64,000 nucleotides of DNA from Malacoraja senta (lineage: Eukaryota): positions 27,282,001 to 27,346,000 of the forward strand of contig CM075988.1 in the NCBI GenBank assembly GCA_038087875.1. The letters run 5' to 3'. The notes below the pieces were generated by a model, which saw only the letters and a program-made list of their open reading frames with translations, did not search any database and was not told the origin of the DNA. A program made the translations under genes and the position numbers. Of the stretch, positions 11,751-24,860 are shown one piece after another; position 1 is the first letter of the stretch; every line of letters begins with the position of its first letter.

Positions 11751-13183
11751 AAAAAAGGGAAGAGATTGAACTTTTTTTTCCACCTTCCATCAGTGAGGAA
11801 TGTGGAGGAGTCACTGTGGTGGATGTTTATGTTAAAATGTATTTTGTGTGTTCTGTTACTTTTTATTGGTAAATGAAATTCCTCGTATGTTGCAAAACAT
11901 ATTTGGCTAATAAAGATGATTATGATCCCAACTACAGGTGCTGAAGGGTCTGTTTCCACGCTGTATCTCTAAACTATAATAAAATGCCTTCTGAAATGCT
12001 CAGGACAGCCACGGTGGTCTGAATCTATTGACAGTTTTGAAACATTCACCAATATCCTCACATTCTTTCAAGTCTCTTCATAATGACTGCACTTTTGCCC
12101 AGATCATCAAACTCAGGGGCATGTACTGATGATTCTGATCTAACTACACAGTTAATCCACTTTGCTGACAGTTAACTCTGCCCTTAATATCACTAAATAT
12201 ATTTCCAGTGGTACCATTCTGGGTAGGAATCTTTGTTGTGCCCGTATAACTCAGGCTTGTTGATGCTGCAGGATTTAACGCGCAGCAAACACTCAACTTT
12301 TGCTTCAAAACAATTACTCTCAGCTTAATATTAATGCTTAGAGCTTGTCATGATTTCTTTGCACAGGAGCAATCCTCATACGTACTGGAGCTTTTTAAAT
12401 GCCAGTATGCACAAAATTATTTCTGATGTGTTCCAAATACAAATGGAACACTGCGATCTCAATCCATGTGGTATGGGAGGGAGTAAACCATTCATAGACA
12501 GAGATTGGCATTCTTTACATTATAGTAAAAAAACTTAGCATAGAAAAGGTAAAGAGACAATGGTCCCCCCCCCCCCCCCCCGTCCCCGTCCCCCCCGAGG
12601 GTGGAAATATCAAAAGCTACAGGGCAGGGATTTAAAGTGAGAGGGCAAAAGTTTCAAGGAGCTGTGCAGGTTTTTAAAAAAATATAATGGTTGCTGCCTG
12701 GAATGAGGTGTCAGGGGTAGAGGTGGAGGCAGATACAATAGTAGCATTTCAGAAGCTTTTGGATAGTCACATTAATGTGCAAGGAATGGGGGGATATGAA
12801 TCATGTGTAGGCAAAAGTGATTAGTATAATTTGGCATCATGTTTGGCTCATATCATGGGCCGAAGGACCTGTGTTCCTATGTGTACTGTTCCATGTTTTA
12901 TGCATTAATTATTGCTTAGAACAAAAAGTATCAATTAAGGAAGAGCCGTAGGAAGCAACAGACAGGAGGTAGAATAAAAATTGGCACTTCAGAACAAGAG
13001 ACAAAAAGGTTTCAGCAAGATAGATGTGTTTCTGGAATGCGAGAATAAATCCCACCAATCTAATTATACAAAGAAATCCCCAAAAGTTAAAATAAAAGTC
13101 AACTAATGGTAAACCTCTTGTTGCAATAAATTACTTGTTCTGATAACTATCGGATACCTACGTGGAGTATGATTTGAAAAGTA

Positions 13184-13196
13184 TTTAATTTTTAAT
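13184..13196 (-). terminator. Candidate ZW10 polyadenylation signals (two ATTAAA)
   Basis: tttaat on + at 13184-13189 and 13191-13196, about 125-135 nt past the stop, with T-rich sequence further downstream on the minus strand. Not verified. Confidence 0.3.
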
Positions 13197-13319
13197 TCCA
13201 TAAAATAAGGTTTTCTGAACATATTGCTGCAATATTCTACAAATGTAATCAACATCAGTAGATCAAAAAGGTATTGCCTACAAGATAAATATATATTTCT
13301 TGAATGCATGAGACATTAA

Positions 13320-13440
13320 TCATTTAATTTCAGCCAGCGCTGCTGCTCTTCGCTCTGTGTTCTGAAACAAAGCTCGGATCAAATTCTTTGCCTCAATTGG
13401 AGAAAATTCTGCTGCAAATGGTCCTTTCCCATCGGTCCAC
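13320..13440 (-). CDS. ZW10: ZW10 last coding exon 16 (121 nt including TGA)
   Basis: [39 protein letters not shown], matching the conserved ZW10 C-terminus [20 protein letters not shown]; acceptor gagtttag. Confidence 0.97.
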
Positions 13441-14303
13441 CTAAACTCAAGATTAAAGAGAGTTAAAACATTTATGAACTTCAAATGTGCTACAAGCTTA
13501 AAATGTCATCAAATTGGCTTTAAATGTAATTGCAGTTGCTGTATTTTTAACCTGGATGCCAGATAATTGAAAGTTAAAATAAAGTTCTGTTACAACCTGG
13601 CATATCAATATTTCAAAGATAGACACAAAAAGCTGGAGTAAGTCAGCGAAACTGGTAGCATCTCTGGAGAGATGGAATGGGGACCCGAAGTCACCCATTC
13701 CTTCTCTCCAAAGATGTTGCCTGTCTCGCTGAGGTACTCCAGCTTTTTGTGCCTATCTTCAGTTTAAACCATCATCTGCAGTTCCTTCTCACACATATCA
13801 ATATTTCATCAGTTACAAAATATTAAACCAAGATCCCATCTAACTTTCACATACAGAAGCCAAAATCCCCACGGCAATGTTAAGGACATGAGCCCAATTC
13901 TTCATGAACCTTGCCTGGTGTCAATATTAATATCCAAGAGGACCAATGTCATACTTGAGCCTTTGTCCAACAACCTTCCTATCAAAAATGCCCTTCACCT
14001 GTATCCACTTATTACCATACACACACACACACAAAGCAGGGTCCCAACCCAAAACATCACCCATCCATGTTCTCAAGAGATGCTGCCTGTGTATTTTTTA
14101 TTAATGCTGCCAAGGAGAAAATGACCAATTGCTAATTTGGCAAATTCAACTAATCTAAAGAACCAACTTTTATTTAGGAGTTCGGGAAGAATAATCTCAG
14201 GAGAATATTGATTTAATGAGACTCAACAAATCTAATTCCATATCCTTTACTAAAAGAATGATTTGATTTTATCCTGTAGCCTGCTTGTAGTCGAGGATCA
14301 TAC

Positions 14304-14506
14304 CTGTCCACCAGCTCCTGCAGATTAGCCTGAAGAACTATCATCAGCTCTTTGAATTTCAGCCACTTTGGCACATAAATTGGTATCTCTTCCTGAAATT
14401 TTTTGTTTCTTGCTTTCTTCAAGTAATGTTGAAAAATTCCAGGCCCCTCTTCAAGTATTGTTCTACATAATGCATAAAGGCCATCAGCACTTTCTGAGGT
14501 GATGTC
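14304..14506 (-). CDS. ZW10: ZW10 exon 15 (203 nt)
   Basis: DITSESADGLYALCRTILEEGPGIFQHYLKKARNKKFQEEIPIYVPKWLKFKELMIVLQANLQELVD(R); acceptor tcttgtag, donor CAG|gtatga; phase 0/2. Confidence 0.96.
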
Positions 14507-14749
14507 CTACAAGACACAAGGGACAGACTATTAAGAAAAGCAGTCAATAGAAAACTAATTGTAGAAAATCGGTGTTCACATAACATTCAGATCAAAATCT
14601 CTTTACGAGTACGATATTATTTTTGCAATCATAAAACACCAATTTGTCAAGACCATGATTTGTATCTATTCTAAAGGCACACAAAGTGACATGTCCACAC
14701 TAAGGTTGCACAAAACGTGGTGAATTTAAATTCTATACGATTTAAATTC

Positions 14750-14970
14750 CAACCGCAAAGAGTGGGTTGCCCTGAACAGGCTCCGTACAGTGGTCGGCTG
14801 GTTCAACGCCAACATGCATTGCTGGGGGCTGCGTTCATCAGCGCAGCATGTCATTTTCGACTGCGCTGTCCTCCGACTGGGTAGACCTCACGGCCCTCGA
14901 CAATAGCACATTGAACTGGCTACAGCACCTAGAGGGAATTACATAATTTCTGCTGCCTCAAACGCAAGAC
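14750..14970 (+). mobile_element. RTE-X-type LINE 3' end fragment
   Basis: EWVALNRLRTVVGWFNANMHCWGLRSS...QHVIFDC, then a short 3' UTR ending gcctcaaacgcaaga. Confidence 0.7.
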
Positions 14971-15226
14971 ATCAATCTGGAATTTAAATACCAGTAAGAA
15001 CAATGATAAGCACTGAAGTATTAGAATTGGAAACGACCATCTAGTTTGTTTATGTCCTTCATGGAAGGAAATCTGCCTTGCTGTCCCAATTTGGCCTTGA
15101 GTAACTCAACCAACCAACATGATAATTCTTAATGAAAATTAGAGAGGCAATAAATGCCACTATTCCAGCAACATCCAGTCTTTGATTGGTATTACAAAAA
15201 ACTCTCCCCATTTCATTTTCCATTAC

Positions 15227-15358
15227 CTCCAGCATTGTGATTTTGTTCACAATATCTGTAATTGCTGTATTAAGCAAAGTTCCCAAAGCTTTGCAATATA
15301 TGTGAACTGGAAGTACATCTTGCCAAACTTTGCCCAGCCGCTTCAACTGATGGATCAC
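15227..15358 (-). CDS. ZW10: ZW10 exon 14 (132 nt)
   Basis: [44 protein letters not shown]; acceptor ggacag, donor GAG|gtaatg. Confidence 0.97.
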
Positions 15359-15412
15359 CTGTCCGAACAAAAAACAAATTCTGTTAATGGTTAGAATAGA
15401 ACAATCCCAATC

Positions 15413-15848
15413 AATACAATACAATACAATACAGTTTTATTCTTCACATTGCACATAAAGTGCAAGTGAAATGAATTTGCCAGCAGCGGTACAATAATAA
15501 AGAACACACAATACACAATAAAAAATTTAACACAAACATCCACCACAGCATTCATCACTGTGGTGGAAGGCACAAAATTTGGCCAGTCCTCCTCCATTTC
15601 CCCCCGTGGTCGGGACCTCAACCTCCGCAGCCGTCGCTGCGGGCGTCCAGAAGTTCAGATATGGTAAAAAGTCCAGAGTCGGCTCTTCCCTACCGGAGAT
15701 CGTGGCTTTAGGTTGGTGTAGGACGCAGGCCGGCGGTCGAAGATTTAAAGTCCCTGCCGCGCCGCAGCCAGAAGTACCGCAGACCGCAGGGCCGGCGGTC
15801 GAAGCTCCCCTCAAGGGGTGATGGTAAGTCCCCGCCGGGCCCGCAGTA
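15413..15848 (-). mobile_element. Non-autonomous repeat with (TATTG)n tail, related to 51600-52378 and 11755-11925
   Basis: Shared gccttcca.cacagtga...gtggatgtt...tgtgtattgtgtg segment and microsatellite tail; family not identified. Confidence 0.55.
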
Positions 15849-15939
15849 GAACCAATTATCAGGTTATATTAATGGAACAGTGTTAATAATGACATCACAA
15901 TAGCATCTAATTAACAAAAACTGCCAGTTTCATGTGGGG

Positions 15940-16837
15940 GAGGCGGAAGGGAGAGGCACAGGTGGAGGGAGAGGGAGAGGCAGAGGGAGAGGGAGAGAGG
16001 CAGAGGCAGAGGCAGAGGGAGAGGCAGAGGGAGAGGCAGAGGGAGAGGGCAGAGGAGAGGCGGGCGGGGGGGCAGAGGGAGCGGCGGGGGCAGAGGAGAG
16101 GCGGGGGGCAGAGGGAGAGGCGGGGGGCAGAGGGAGAGGCGGGGGGCAGAGGAGAGGCGGGGGGCAGAGGGAGAGGCGGGGGGCAGAGGGAGAGGCGGGG
16201 GGCAGAGGGAGAGGCGGGGGGCAGAGGGAGAGGCGGGGGGCAGAGGGAGAGGCGGGGGGCAGAGGGAGAGGCGGGGGGGCAGAGGGAGAGGCGGGGGGGC
16301 AGAGGGAGAGGCGGGGGGCAGAGGGAGAGGCGGGGGGCAGAGGGAGAGGCGGGGGGCAGAGGGAGAGGCGGGGGGCAGAGGGAGAGGCGGGGGGCAGAGG
16401 GAGAGGCGGGGGGCAGAGGGAGAGGCGGGGGGCAGAGGGAGAGGCGGGGGGCAGAGGGAGAGGCGGGGGGCAGAGGGAGAGGCGGGGGGCAGAGGGAGAG
16501 GCGGGGGGCAGAGGGAGAGGCGGGGGGCAGAGGGAGAGGCGGGGGGCAGAGGGAGAGGCGGGGGGGCAGAGGGAGAGGCGGGGGGCAGAGGGAGAGGCGG
16601 GGGGCAGAGGGAGAGGGCGGGGGGCAGAGGGAGAGGCGGGGGGCGAGGAGGCGGGGAGAGGGGGAGGGGGGGGCAGGGCAGAGGAGAGAGGCGGGGGGCA
16701 CAGAGGGAGAGGCGGGGGGGCAGAGGGAGAGGCGAGGGGGGGGGGCAGAGGGAGAGGCGGGGGGCAGAGGGAGAGGCGGGGGGGGCAGAGGGGAGAGGCG
16801 GGGGGCAGAGGGAGAGGCGGGCGGGCCAGAGCGGAAG
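15940..16837 (+). repeat. G-rich 19-nt minisatellite (gagggagaggcggggggca)n abutting the assembly gap
   Basis: Directly visible tandem array; explains the spurious low-complexity ORFs. Confidence 0.95.
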
Positions 16838-17037
16838 NNNNNNNNNNNNNNNNNNNNNNNNNNNNNNNNNNNNNNNNNNNNNNNNNNNNNNNNNNNNNNN
16901 NNNNNNNNNNNNNNNNNNNNNNNNNNNNNNNNNNNNNNNNNNNNNNNNNNNNNNNNNNNNNNNNNNNNNNNNNNNNNNNNNNNNNNNNNNNNNNNNNNNN
17001 NNNNNNNNNNNNNNNNNNNNNNNNNNNNNNNNNNNNN
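16838..17037. other. Assembly gap (200 N)
   Basis: Run of N. Confidence 1.
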
Positions 17038-17418
17038 CTCACCAGCGGCGGCTGTGACGGCGGCCGTCCTGATCACGACGCTGTAGCGGTGGCTGTGCCT
17101 GCGGCCGGGCCGCACACGTGCCTCACTGGCGGAGGCACGTGCCTCACTGGCGGAAGCTGGCAGTGGAGGTTTGACGCACGGCGCTCGAGCCACTGGCGGC
17201 GGCCCGTGCGGGCGGCCGTGCCGCACTCGTGCATCACTGGTGGAGGTTGTGTGGTGAGTATATAGTTTTCAATATTGTCGGTTTTATTTTAGCACCGTGC
17301 GGTGTTGGGAACACCGCCGCACGGCCCCGGAATTGTACGTTCTCACGAGTGCGCGGTCTATGGCGGCAGATTCTTCCCGTTTCGCCGACAATGACCACAG
17401 ACTCGTGAGACAGGCCTT
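17038..17418 (-). mobile_element. GC-rich Harbinger-like element end; inverted homolog at 18932-19500
   Basis: Terminus GTGAGACAGGCCTT mirrors AAGGCCTGTCTCAC at 18932; shared gccgccagtgaggcacg subterminal repeats. Confidence 0.55.
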
Positions 17419-17569
17419 TGAGGCTGAACAGGAGGGTGAGGGGGCATAGTGAGGCTGAACAGGAAGGGGAGGAGGCAGAGTGAGGCTGAACAGGAAGGGG
17501 AGGGGGCAGAGTGAGGCTGAACAGGAGGGGGAGGGAGTGCTGGTGGAGGCAAGGGAAGTGGAATTGCAA

Positions 17570-18900
17570 TTTTTTTTAAAGTCCTGGCAGCAAGTGCTTG
17601 CAATTTATTTTTAAAGTTTAAAAAGAGGGAGAATGAGGGGCTATGGTGAGTGGTGGAATATTACATTGGGAGAACGGGCTGCGTTGGGGGAAACAGGTGA
17701 GTGGTGGAATATTGTGTTCGGAGAACGGGTTGCGTTGGGGGACCAGGACTCCCGTGGAGGCTATGGGTGAGTGGTCGAATATTGCGTTAGGGAATGGGTT
17801 GCATTGGGGAACCAGGCCTCCCATGTGACAGGGACACAACGGGTCCCACATGGTCTAATATATATATATATATACACACACACACAAATGTTTTATATAT
17901 ATATATATATGTGTGTGTATGTATGTATGTATGTATATATGTGTATGTATATATATGTATATGTATGTATATATGTATGCACATATATGTATGTGTATGT
18001 ATGTGTGTGTATGTATGTATGTATATATGTGTATATATATATATTTATATATGTATGTATATATAGAGATGTGTGTGTATATTTATATTTATATACAATT
18101 ATTTATTTATATATATCTATGTGTGTGTGTATATATATATTGTCCTGTGGTGTGGTGTATGAACTTTTGTTTAGATTGATGGTATATTTTACAATTTATT
18201 CACATTTTAAACTTTACAAAAAACAATTTGACAAAAATCTATTCCATCTGGACTGGCAGTTAGCAGCGTATGACGTCGTAATGGGATCTCATTTACATAA
18301 ACTGCCCTTCAGCAGTGTTCTATAAACTGCCCCTCAGCAACGATCACAATGGTATCTCATTGACATGAAAAAAAACTCCCTTTTAAAAAACGCGGCAGCG
18401 TTCCACCATTACATCAGTTTTCAAAAACACATCAGCTTCCACCTCAATGACATCAAGGGGGGTAGGGAGGGTAGAGGGATTATGGAGGGAGGCGCTGAGG
18501 GTAGGGGAAAGGAGAGGGAGGGAGAGTTGAGGGAGTGGGGGAGAGGAGTAGAGGGGAAAGATTTTTGCAGAATCTTACTCAGCTTTCATATCAAGTTTCT
18601 TCACATTTAATGTTATATTTCACGTTATTGATATTTAAAGCCAACATTGAAAGTAATAACTGAGTCTGCAGTGAGAGATTTCTAGCAGTTTCCAGTGATG
18701 ATGTCATAATGGCATCTCACATTCGTGCAATCACAATGGGATCTCATTTACACAATCTGCCGTGAAGATTCCGAAAACCAAAAATGACATCACAATGTGA
18801 TCTCTGCTGCCAATACACAAGCTATGAGAGTGTTTTACATTGTTGTAAGGAGAGAGACGTAGTGGGGGAGATTTAAAAGTTTTAAAGTGACATTTAAAAG
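17570..18900 (+). mobile_element. Helitron-like non-autonomous repeat units with a TA/TG microsatellite (17857-18140)
   Basis: Hairpin gggacacaacgggtccc followed by tggtctaa at 17858; inverted homology to 45064-45560. Confidence 0.55.
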
Positions 18901-20108
18901 TTGGATTTCTTCACATCTGCACTGGCAGTTAAAGGCCTGTCTCACGAGTCTGCGGTCATTGGCGGTGATACAGGAAGTACCTACCGCACGTGGACCGCCA
19001 GAGACTGCGGGTTCGGTCAAACGCACACTGCCGAGGCCGTGCGGCGTTGGTCCCAACACCGCACGGTGCTCACAAAAAGTCAACACTGTCTAAAAATAAT
19101 TTCTTACCGCACAGCCGCCGCCAGTGAGGCACGAGTGCGGCACGGTCACCGCTCCAGCCGCCGCCAGTGCTGCACGAGCGCCGTGAGTCGAACTTTCACC
19201 GCCACAGCCGCCGCCAGTGAGGCACGTGTTCGGCACGGCTGCCGCCACAGCCGCCGCCAGTGAGGCACGTGTGCGGCACGGCCGCCGCCATAGCCCCGCG
19301 ATCCGAAAGACATCATCGTGTAGCGCGTCGCGCGATGTCATCGCGTAGCACGTCGCGTTGCGCGATGACGTCATCACCCGACGCCGCAAGCTCGTGGAAC
19401 CGGCCGTACGGAGATCACTCGGCCCCCGCGCAGCATCCGTGCGGCGCTCTCGTGGTTGCCGTGCGGTCCCCTCTTCCGGCGAACTTCAAGTACTTGCTCA
19501 AATGAACATTCACTTAAAAATGGTGACATTATAAACAGGAAATGCTGATGTCAAATAAGCAGCTTTCTTTTTATTAGATCAATCAACTGATTTGACCATG
19601 AAATGCAGATGGACCTACATTGTAAGCCCAGAATTTCCTGATATTACTTTACACTTTTACATTATCCTCACCCTTTGCCCATTGACCACAGTAGAATAAT
19701 AGTAAAACTCAGTAAAAATAAATTAAATCAAAATATAATTAAATATGATGCGTCATTTATTTGTAAAAATAGCATATTCCTCAAAAATCACAATTTAAGC
19801 CAAATTATGTATTTCAAACATGTGTTTTCAGGTGCAGTCAGATTTGCAGTTTTTCCACATAGAATTTGCAGCACATGGAGGCCATTTGGCCCAAATGATC
19901 CATGTCATTGTTATGTTGACATGAAACTCCCTTCCACCTCCCTCATCCTCAAATATCGTTATCTCATTTCTCGTTAGATGTAGCTAAATTGACATCCTTC
20001 AAAACTCTTTGTGGTAGAATATTTATTGGTGCTAACTTTACGTGTGTTTTGATAAAGGATGCACGAAAATCGCTGGAAAGTGAAGAAACTGCTTACACTG
20101 TTCCATTA

Positions 20109-20701
20109 TGGCCTGTCCCACATAGGCAATTTTTTTAGGGGACTGTCATAGTCGTAGCTGGTCGCCGAAAACCGGCAACTGGACCCCCCCTACGACAATG
20201 TCTACGATAATGTCTACAACAACCTACCACCTGGTCAATGTCAAGCTACCAACAACCGGCGACCCATTAGGACATCCACCTACAACCACACTTAAGACAA
20301 ACTACGACCACCCGCAACAAGCTACGACAAGGTACGACTCTGTCGGCGACATCAGAAGACAACTTAAGACCACTCAGTCGCCGGTACCTGTCGCTGATTG
20401 ACATAGGTTGACGTAGGTAGTCACCAATGGAATTCACCAAAGTCAGCACCGGCGACAACCAACGTCATCCTGGCGACAACCTACGACGGCACCTACATCA
20501 GGAGAAGTCAAGCTATGCTCATTGGTGTCAAGGCAACTGTCGACAAAAATTTTTGAACATTTCAAAATTCAGCGGCGACCAGAAAAACGCTCTGATTCAT
20601 TGTGGCGAATGAGGAGACTACTCATGACCATTCAGGCGACACCCCAGCGACCATGTGGCGAAAGCCTAGTCGCCTGTAGTCGCCTAAATGGGACAAGCCC
20701 A
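20109..20701. mobile_element. PIF/Harbinger-type MITE
   Basis: TIRs tggcctgtcccac / tgggacaagccca, 3-bp TSD tta, internal cgacaa repeats. Confidence 0.8.
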
Positions 20702-21249
20702 TTAGTCAAGGGCAAATTAACTCAGATTTAATGGAATTGTTAAAAGCATAGGATATAGGAGGAAATCGTTTTTCAAGCAAGCAGTGACAATATGGAATTT
20801 GCTGCCTGAAATGTGGGTGGAACCAGATTCAAGCATGCCTTTTAAAAAGAGATGGACAAGAAAAAAGTGACTGCAGGAATAGAGCCATGGAACAGAAGTA
20901 ATTAGATTGCTATTTACCAGACGTCAGCTCAGGTTCCAAAAAACAAATGGCGACCACCAATCCCCACTCTAATATTAAACAATTAAAATCTCAATTTACA
21001 TTTCGATCACATCTTGTACATTTGTTTTCTGGAGTAAAAGAACACCCATTTTCATAGCCCGTTCTGGTTAGTAACCCCTTAAGATTCTCTTTTCTTTGCA
21101 CCAAATCTGTTTTTATGTAGCCGATGGACTAAAACCTTCCTTGGTATTTAAGTACTTGTAATTGCAATTGTAATTAAGACTTGTAATTGCAATTATGTCA
21201 GTAAACTCTCTAGCAACTTGCAAATAGAGAAAAAAAAGTTATGTCTAAC

Positions 21250-21380
21250 CTGTCGGACAGCTTTGTTTGCAGCTGAGTAATTATCTGCATCCTCCAGACT
21301 TGAAAGATTTCTCGCAGTTGATAACCTTTCCAATAACTCGTCTCTCTGCGTACGCAACTGTGCCAAAAAACATTCAGTTC
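21250..21380 (-). CDS. ZW10: ZW10 exon 13 (131 nt)
   Basis: [43 protein letters not shown]; acceptor ctctgccag, donor CAG|gttaga; phase 1/0. Confidence 0.96.
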
Positions 21381-22049
21381 CTGGCAGAGAAAAGTAATGC
21401 TGTTTTAAATGCAGGTTTAAAAAAATGTTTTATAAAGTTGGTCAGATTTTAAACAACACAACACTGTTCTTTAATTTATATGCATTTCATAGACTGTTAC
21501 AATATGCCAGCTTTTAATTTATAACACTAATTCCAAATTGATTTAATTTTGATATCACACCCTAAATTCATCGTGCCAATTGGCATGTTTTTTCACACGA
21601 TGAAAGGAGATTCATTCAACCAGTGCACAGGTTACTTTGCAATTTTAAAAAATTCCGATCTTTATACAATAATAGAAGTCTAATTACATTCCAAAAAAAT
21701 GAGCAGGACTAATATTAATCAGTATTTACAACATGCAGCAATTCAATTCCTCGGCTTCCATTTATCGCCTCATACTCATAACATAGAATCTTCCACAAAA
21801 AATTATCCGCTAGAGCACTGCATCTACACTCGGCAATGTCACAAATACGAGTTAGGCCAAGTAGAAAAAATGAAAGATTTCAAAGGAGGCAGCAAAAACA
21901 TACCAAACCAGGCAACTGTTACCCATCTACCAATATTTGGTGTGCAGAACTGTACGCTGAGAGCTCCAGTCTTAAAGAATGGATGAATGAATATGCAGTT
22001 GCATGTCACTTCTGATAGCTAGGGTCAATTTGTTGTACAACCACTCAAT

Positions 22050-23030
22050 TACCTCCTCTGGCAGCTTGTTCCATACACCAACCACCCCTTATGTGAAAAA
22101 GTTACCATTCAGATTCCTATTAAATCTTTTCCCCTTCACCTTAAATCTACGTCCTCTGGCTCTTGATTCCCCGAATTTGGGCAAGACTGTGCGATCACCT
22201 GATCTATTCCTCTCATGATTTTATACACTTCTAAGATCACCCCTCATCCCCAGCCTGCTCAACCTCTCCCTGTAGCTCAGACCCTCAACCACTGGCAACA
22301 TCCTCATAAATCGTCTCTGCACCCTTTCCAACTTGGCATCTCTCCTATAACATGGTTCCCAGAACTGAACACAATACTCTAAATGTGGAATCACAAACGT
22401 CTTGCATAACTGCAACATGACCTCCCAACTTCTATACTTAATACTCTGACCGATGACGGTCAATGTGCCAAAAGCCTTTTTGACCAACCCTATCTACCTT
22501 TGATGCCACCTTCATGTAAATATGTACCTGCACTCCTAGATCCCTCTGCTCTACAACACTTCCCCAAGCCCTACCATTCACTGTGTAGGCTATATTGCTT
22601 GTACGGCAGTGCAAGAATTGCTGATTAGTAATAATATAGTTAACTTACCAAAATGCAACACCACACATTTCTCTTTTTTAAATTCCATCAACCACTCCAC
22701 AGCTCACATAGCCAACCATCTTCACTAACTACAATACCACCCATTTTTGTGTCATCTGCAAACTTGCTAATCATGCCCAGCACTGAACCCTGAGGCACAG
22801 CACTAGTCACAGGCCTCCAGTCCAAGAAGCAACCTTCCACCATCATCCACTGCTTCCTTCCATGAAGTTAATTTTCTATCCATTTAACTATCTCTCCTTG
22901 GATCCCATGCAATCTAACCTTCCAGAGTAGCCTACCCTGTGGAACCTTGTCGAATGCTTTGCTATAGTCAATATATGCAACATCTACAGCTGTGCCCTCA
23001 ACCTTTCTGATCACATCTTCAAAAAACTCA
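22050..23030 (-). mobile_element. CR1 LINE RT fragment
   Basis: [32 protein letters not shown] motifs; degenerate. Confidence 0.85.
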
Positions 23031-24192
23031 ATTAGGATGGACTCTGAGCAGAACATTTATACCTTAAACCAGCAATGCTTTAACCAACAGCAGTACATAA
23101 TAACAATTCAAGACACAGCTAAACATCAGACAGTGCCCTCCATAATGTTTGGGACAAAGACCCATCATTTATTTATTTGCGTCTGTACACAATTTGAGAT
23201 TTGTAATAGAAAAAAAAATCACATGTGGTTAAAGTGCATATTGTCAGATTTTATTACAAGCCCTTTTTATACATATTGGTTTCACCAAGTAGAAATTACA
23301 GCTGTGTTTCTACATTGCTCCCCCATTTCAGGGCACCATAATGTTTGGGACATGTGGCTTAACAGGTAATTGCTCAAGTGTGTTTAATTGCCTCCTTAAG
23401 GCAGGTATAAGAGAGTTCTCAGCACAAAGTTTTTCCTCCAGTCTTTCCATCAACTTTGAAAACTTTTATTGCTGTTTATCAACATGACCAAATTTGTGCC
23501 AATGAGAGTCAAAGAAGCCATTATGAGACTGAGAAACAAGAATAAAACTGTTGGAGACATCAGCCAAACCGGAGACATCAGCCAAACCTTAGGCTTGCCA
23601 AAATCAAGTGTTTGGAACATCATTAAGAAGAAAGAGAGCACTGGTGAACTTACTAATCGCAAAAGGCCTGGCAGGACAAGGAAGACCTCCACAGCTGATG
23701 ACAGAAGAATTCACTCTATAATAAAGAAAAATCCCCAAACACCTGTCCGACAGATCAGAAACACTCTTCAGGTGTGGATTTGTCAATGACTACTGCCCGC
23801 AGAAGACTTCATGAACAGAAATACAGAGGCTACACTGCAAGATGCAAACCACTGGTTAGCCACAAAAATAGGATGACAAGGTTACAGTTTGCCAAGTACT
23901 TAAAAGAGCAACCACAGTTCTGGAAAAAGGTCTAGTGGACAGATGAGACGAAGATTAACATATCAGAGTGATGGCAAGAGCAAAGTATGGAGGAGAGAAG
24001 GAACTACCCAAGATCCAAAGCATATCATCTCATCTGTGAAACACTGTGGTGAGGATGTTATGGCCTGGGCATGTATGGCTGCTGAAGCTACTGGCTCACT
24101 TATCTTCATCTCCTATCTGTTCAAGTTCAAACAAATGTCACAAAAGTCATTGGACGGTGGTTCATTCTACAGCAAGACAATGATCCCAAACA

Positions 24193-24639
24193 GTTTGTTT
24201 AAGAAGGAACTGCAGATGCTGGAAAATCGAAGGTAGACAAAAGTGCTGGAGAAACTCAGCGGGTGCAGCAGCATCTATGGAGTGAAGGAACTAGGCAACG
24301 TTTCGGGCCAAAACCCTTCAGACTGATGTAGGGTGGGGGGGTGGGCGGGGGAGGAGAAAGGAAGAGGAGGAGCCTGAGGGCTGAGGGAGAGCTGAGAAGG
24401 GGAGGAGACAGCAAGGGCTACCGGAAATTGGAGAAGTCAATGTTTATGCCGCTAGGGTGCAAACTGCCCAAGTTTGAGGTGCTGCTCCTCCAATTACGGG
24501 TGGTGCTCACTCTGGCCATGGAGGAGGCCGAGGACAGAAAGGTCGGATTCGGAATGGGAGGGGGAGTTGGAAGTGCTGAGCCACTGGGAGATCAGGTTGG
24601 TTAATGCGGACCGAGCGTTTCTCCAGCACTTTTGTCTAC
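24193..24639 (-). mobile_element. Penelope-like element 3' fragment with inverted terminal piece
   Basis: 15-bp duplication caatgatcccaaaca (24178-24192 / 24640-24654); GIY-YIG C-terminal remnant; ctccagcacttttgtctacc is an inverted copy of the terminal repeat. Confidence 0.85.
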
Positions 24640-24860
24640 CAATGATCCCAAACATACTGTTAAAGCAACAAAGGAGTTTTACAAAGCTAAAAAATGGTCA
24701 ATTCTTGAGTGGCCAAATCAATCACTCGATCTGAACCCAATTGAGCATGCCTTTTATACACGTAAGAGAAAACTGGACTAGCTTCCAAAACAAACATAAG
24801 CTAAAGATGGCTGCAATACAGGCCTGGGAGAGCATCACCAGAGAAGACACCCAGCAACTG

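Noticed and set aside
12970..13130. Several plus-strand AATAAA suggesting a convergent transcript end
   Set aside because: AT-rich context and no supporting plus-strand exons found.
15907..17265. Long ORFs of 370-443 aa on both strands
   Set aside because: Translations of the G-rich minisatellite read through the N gap; low complexity, not genes.
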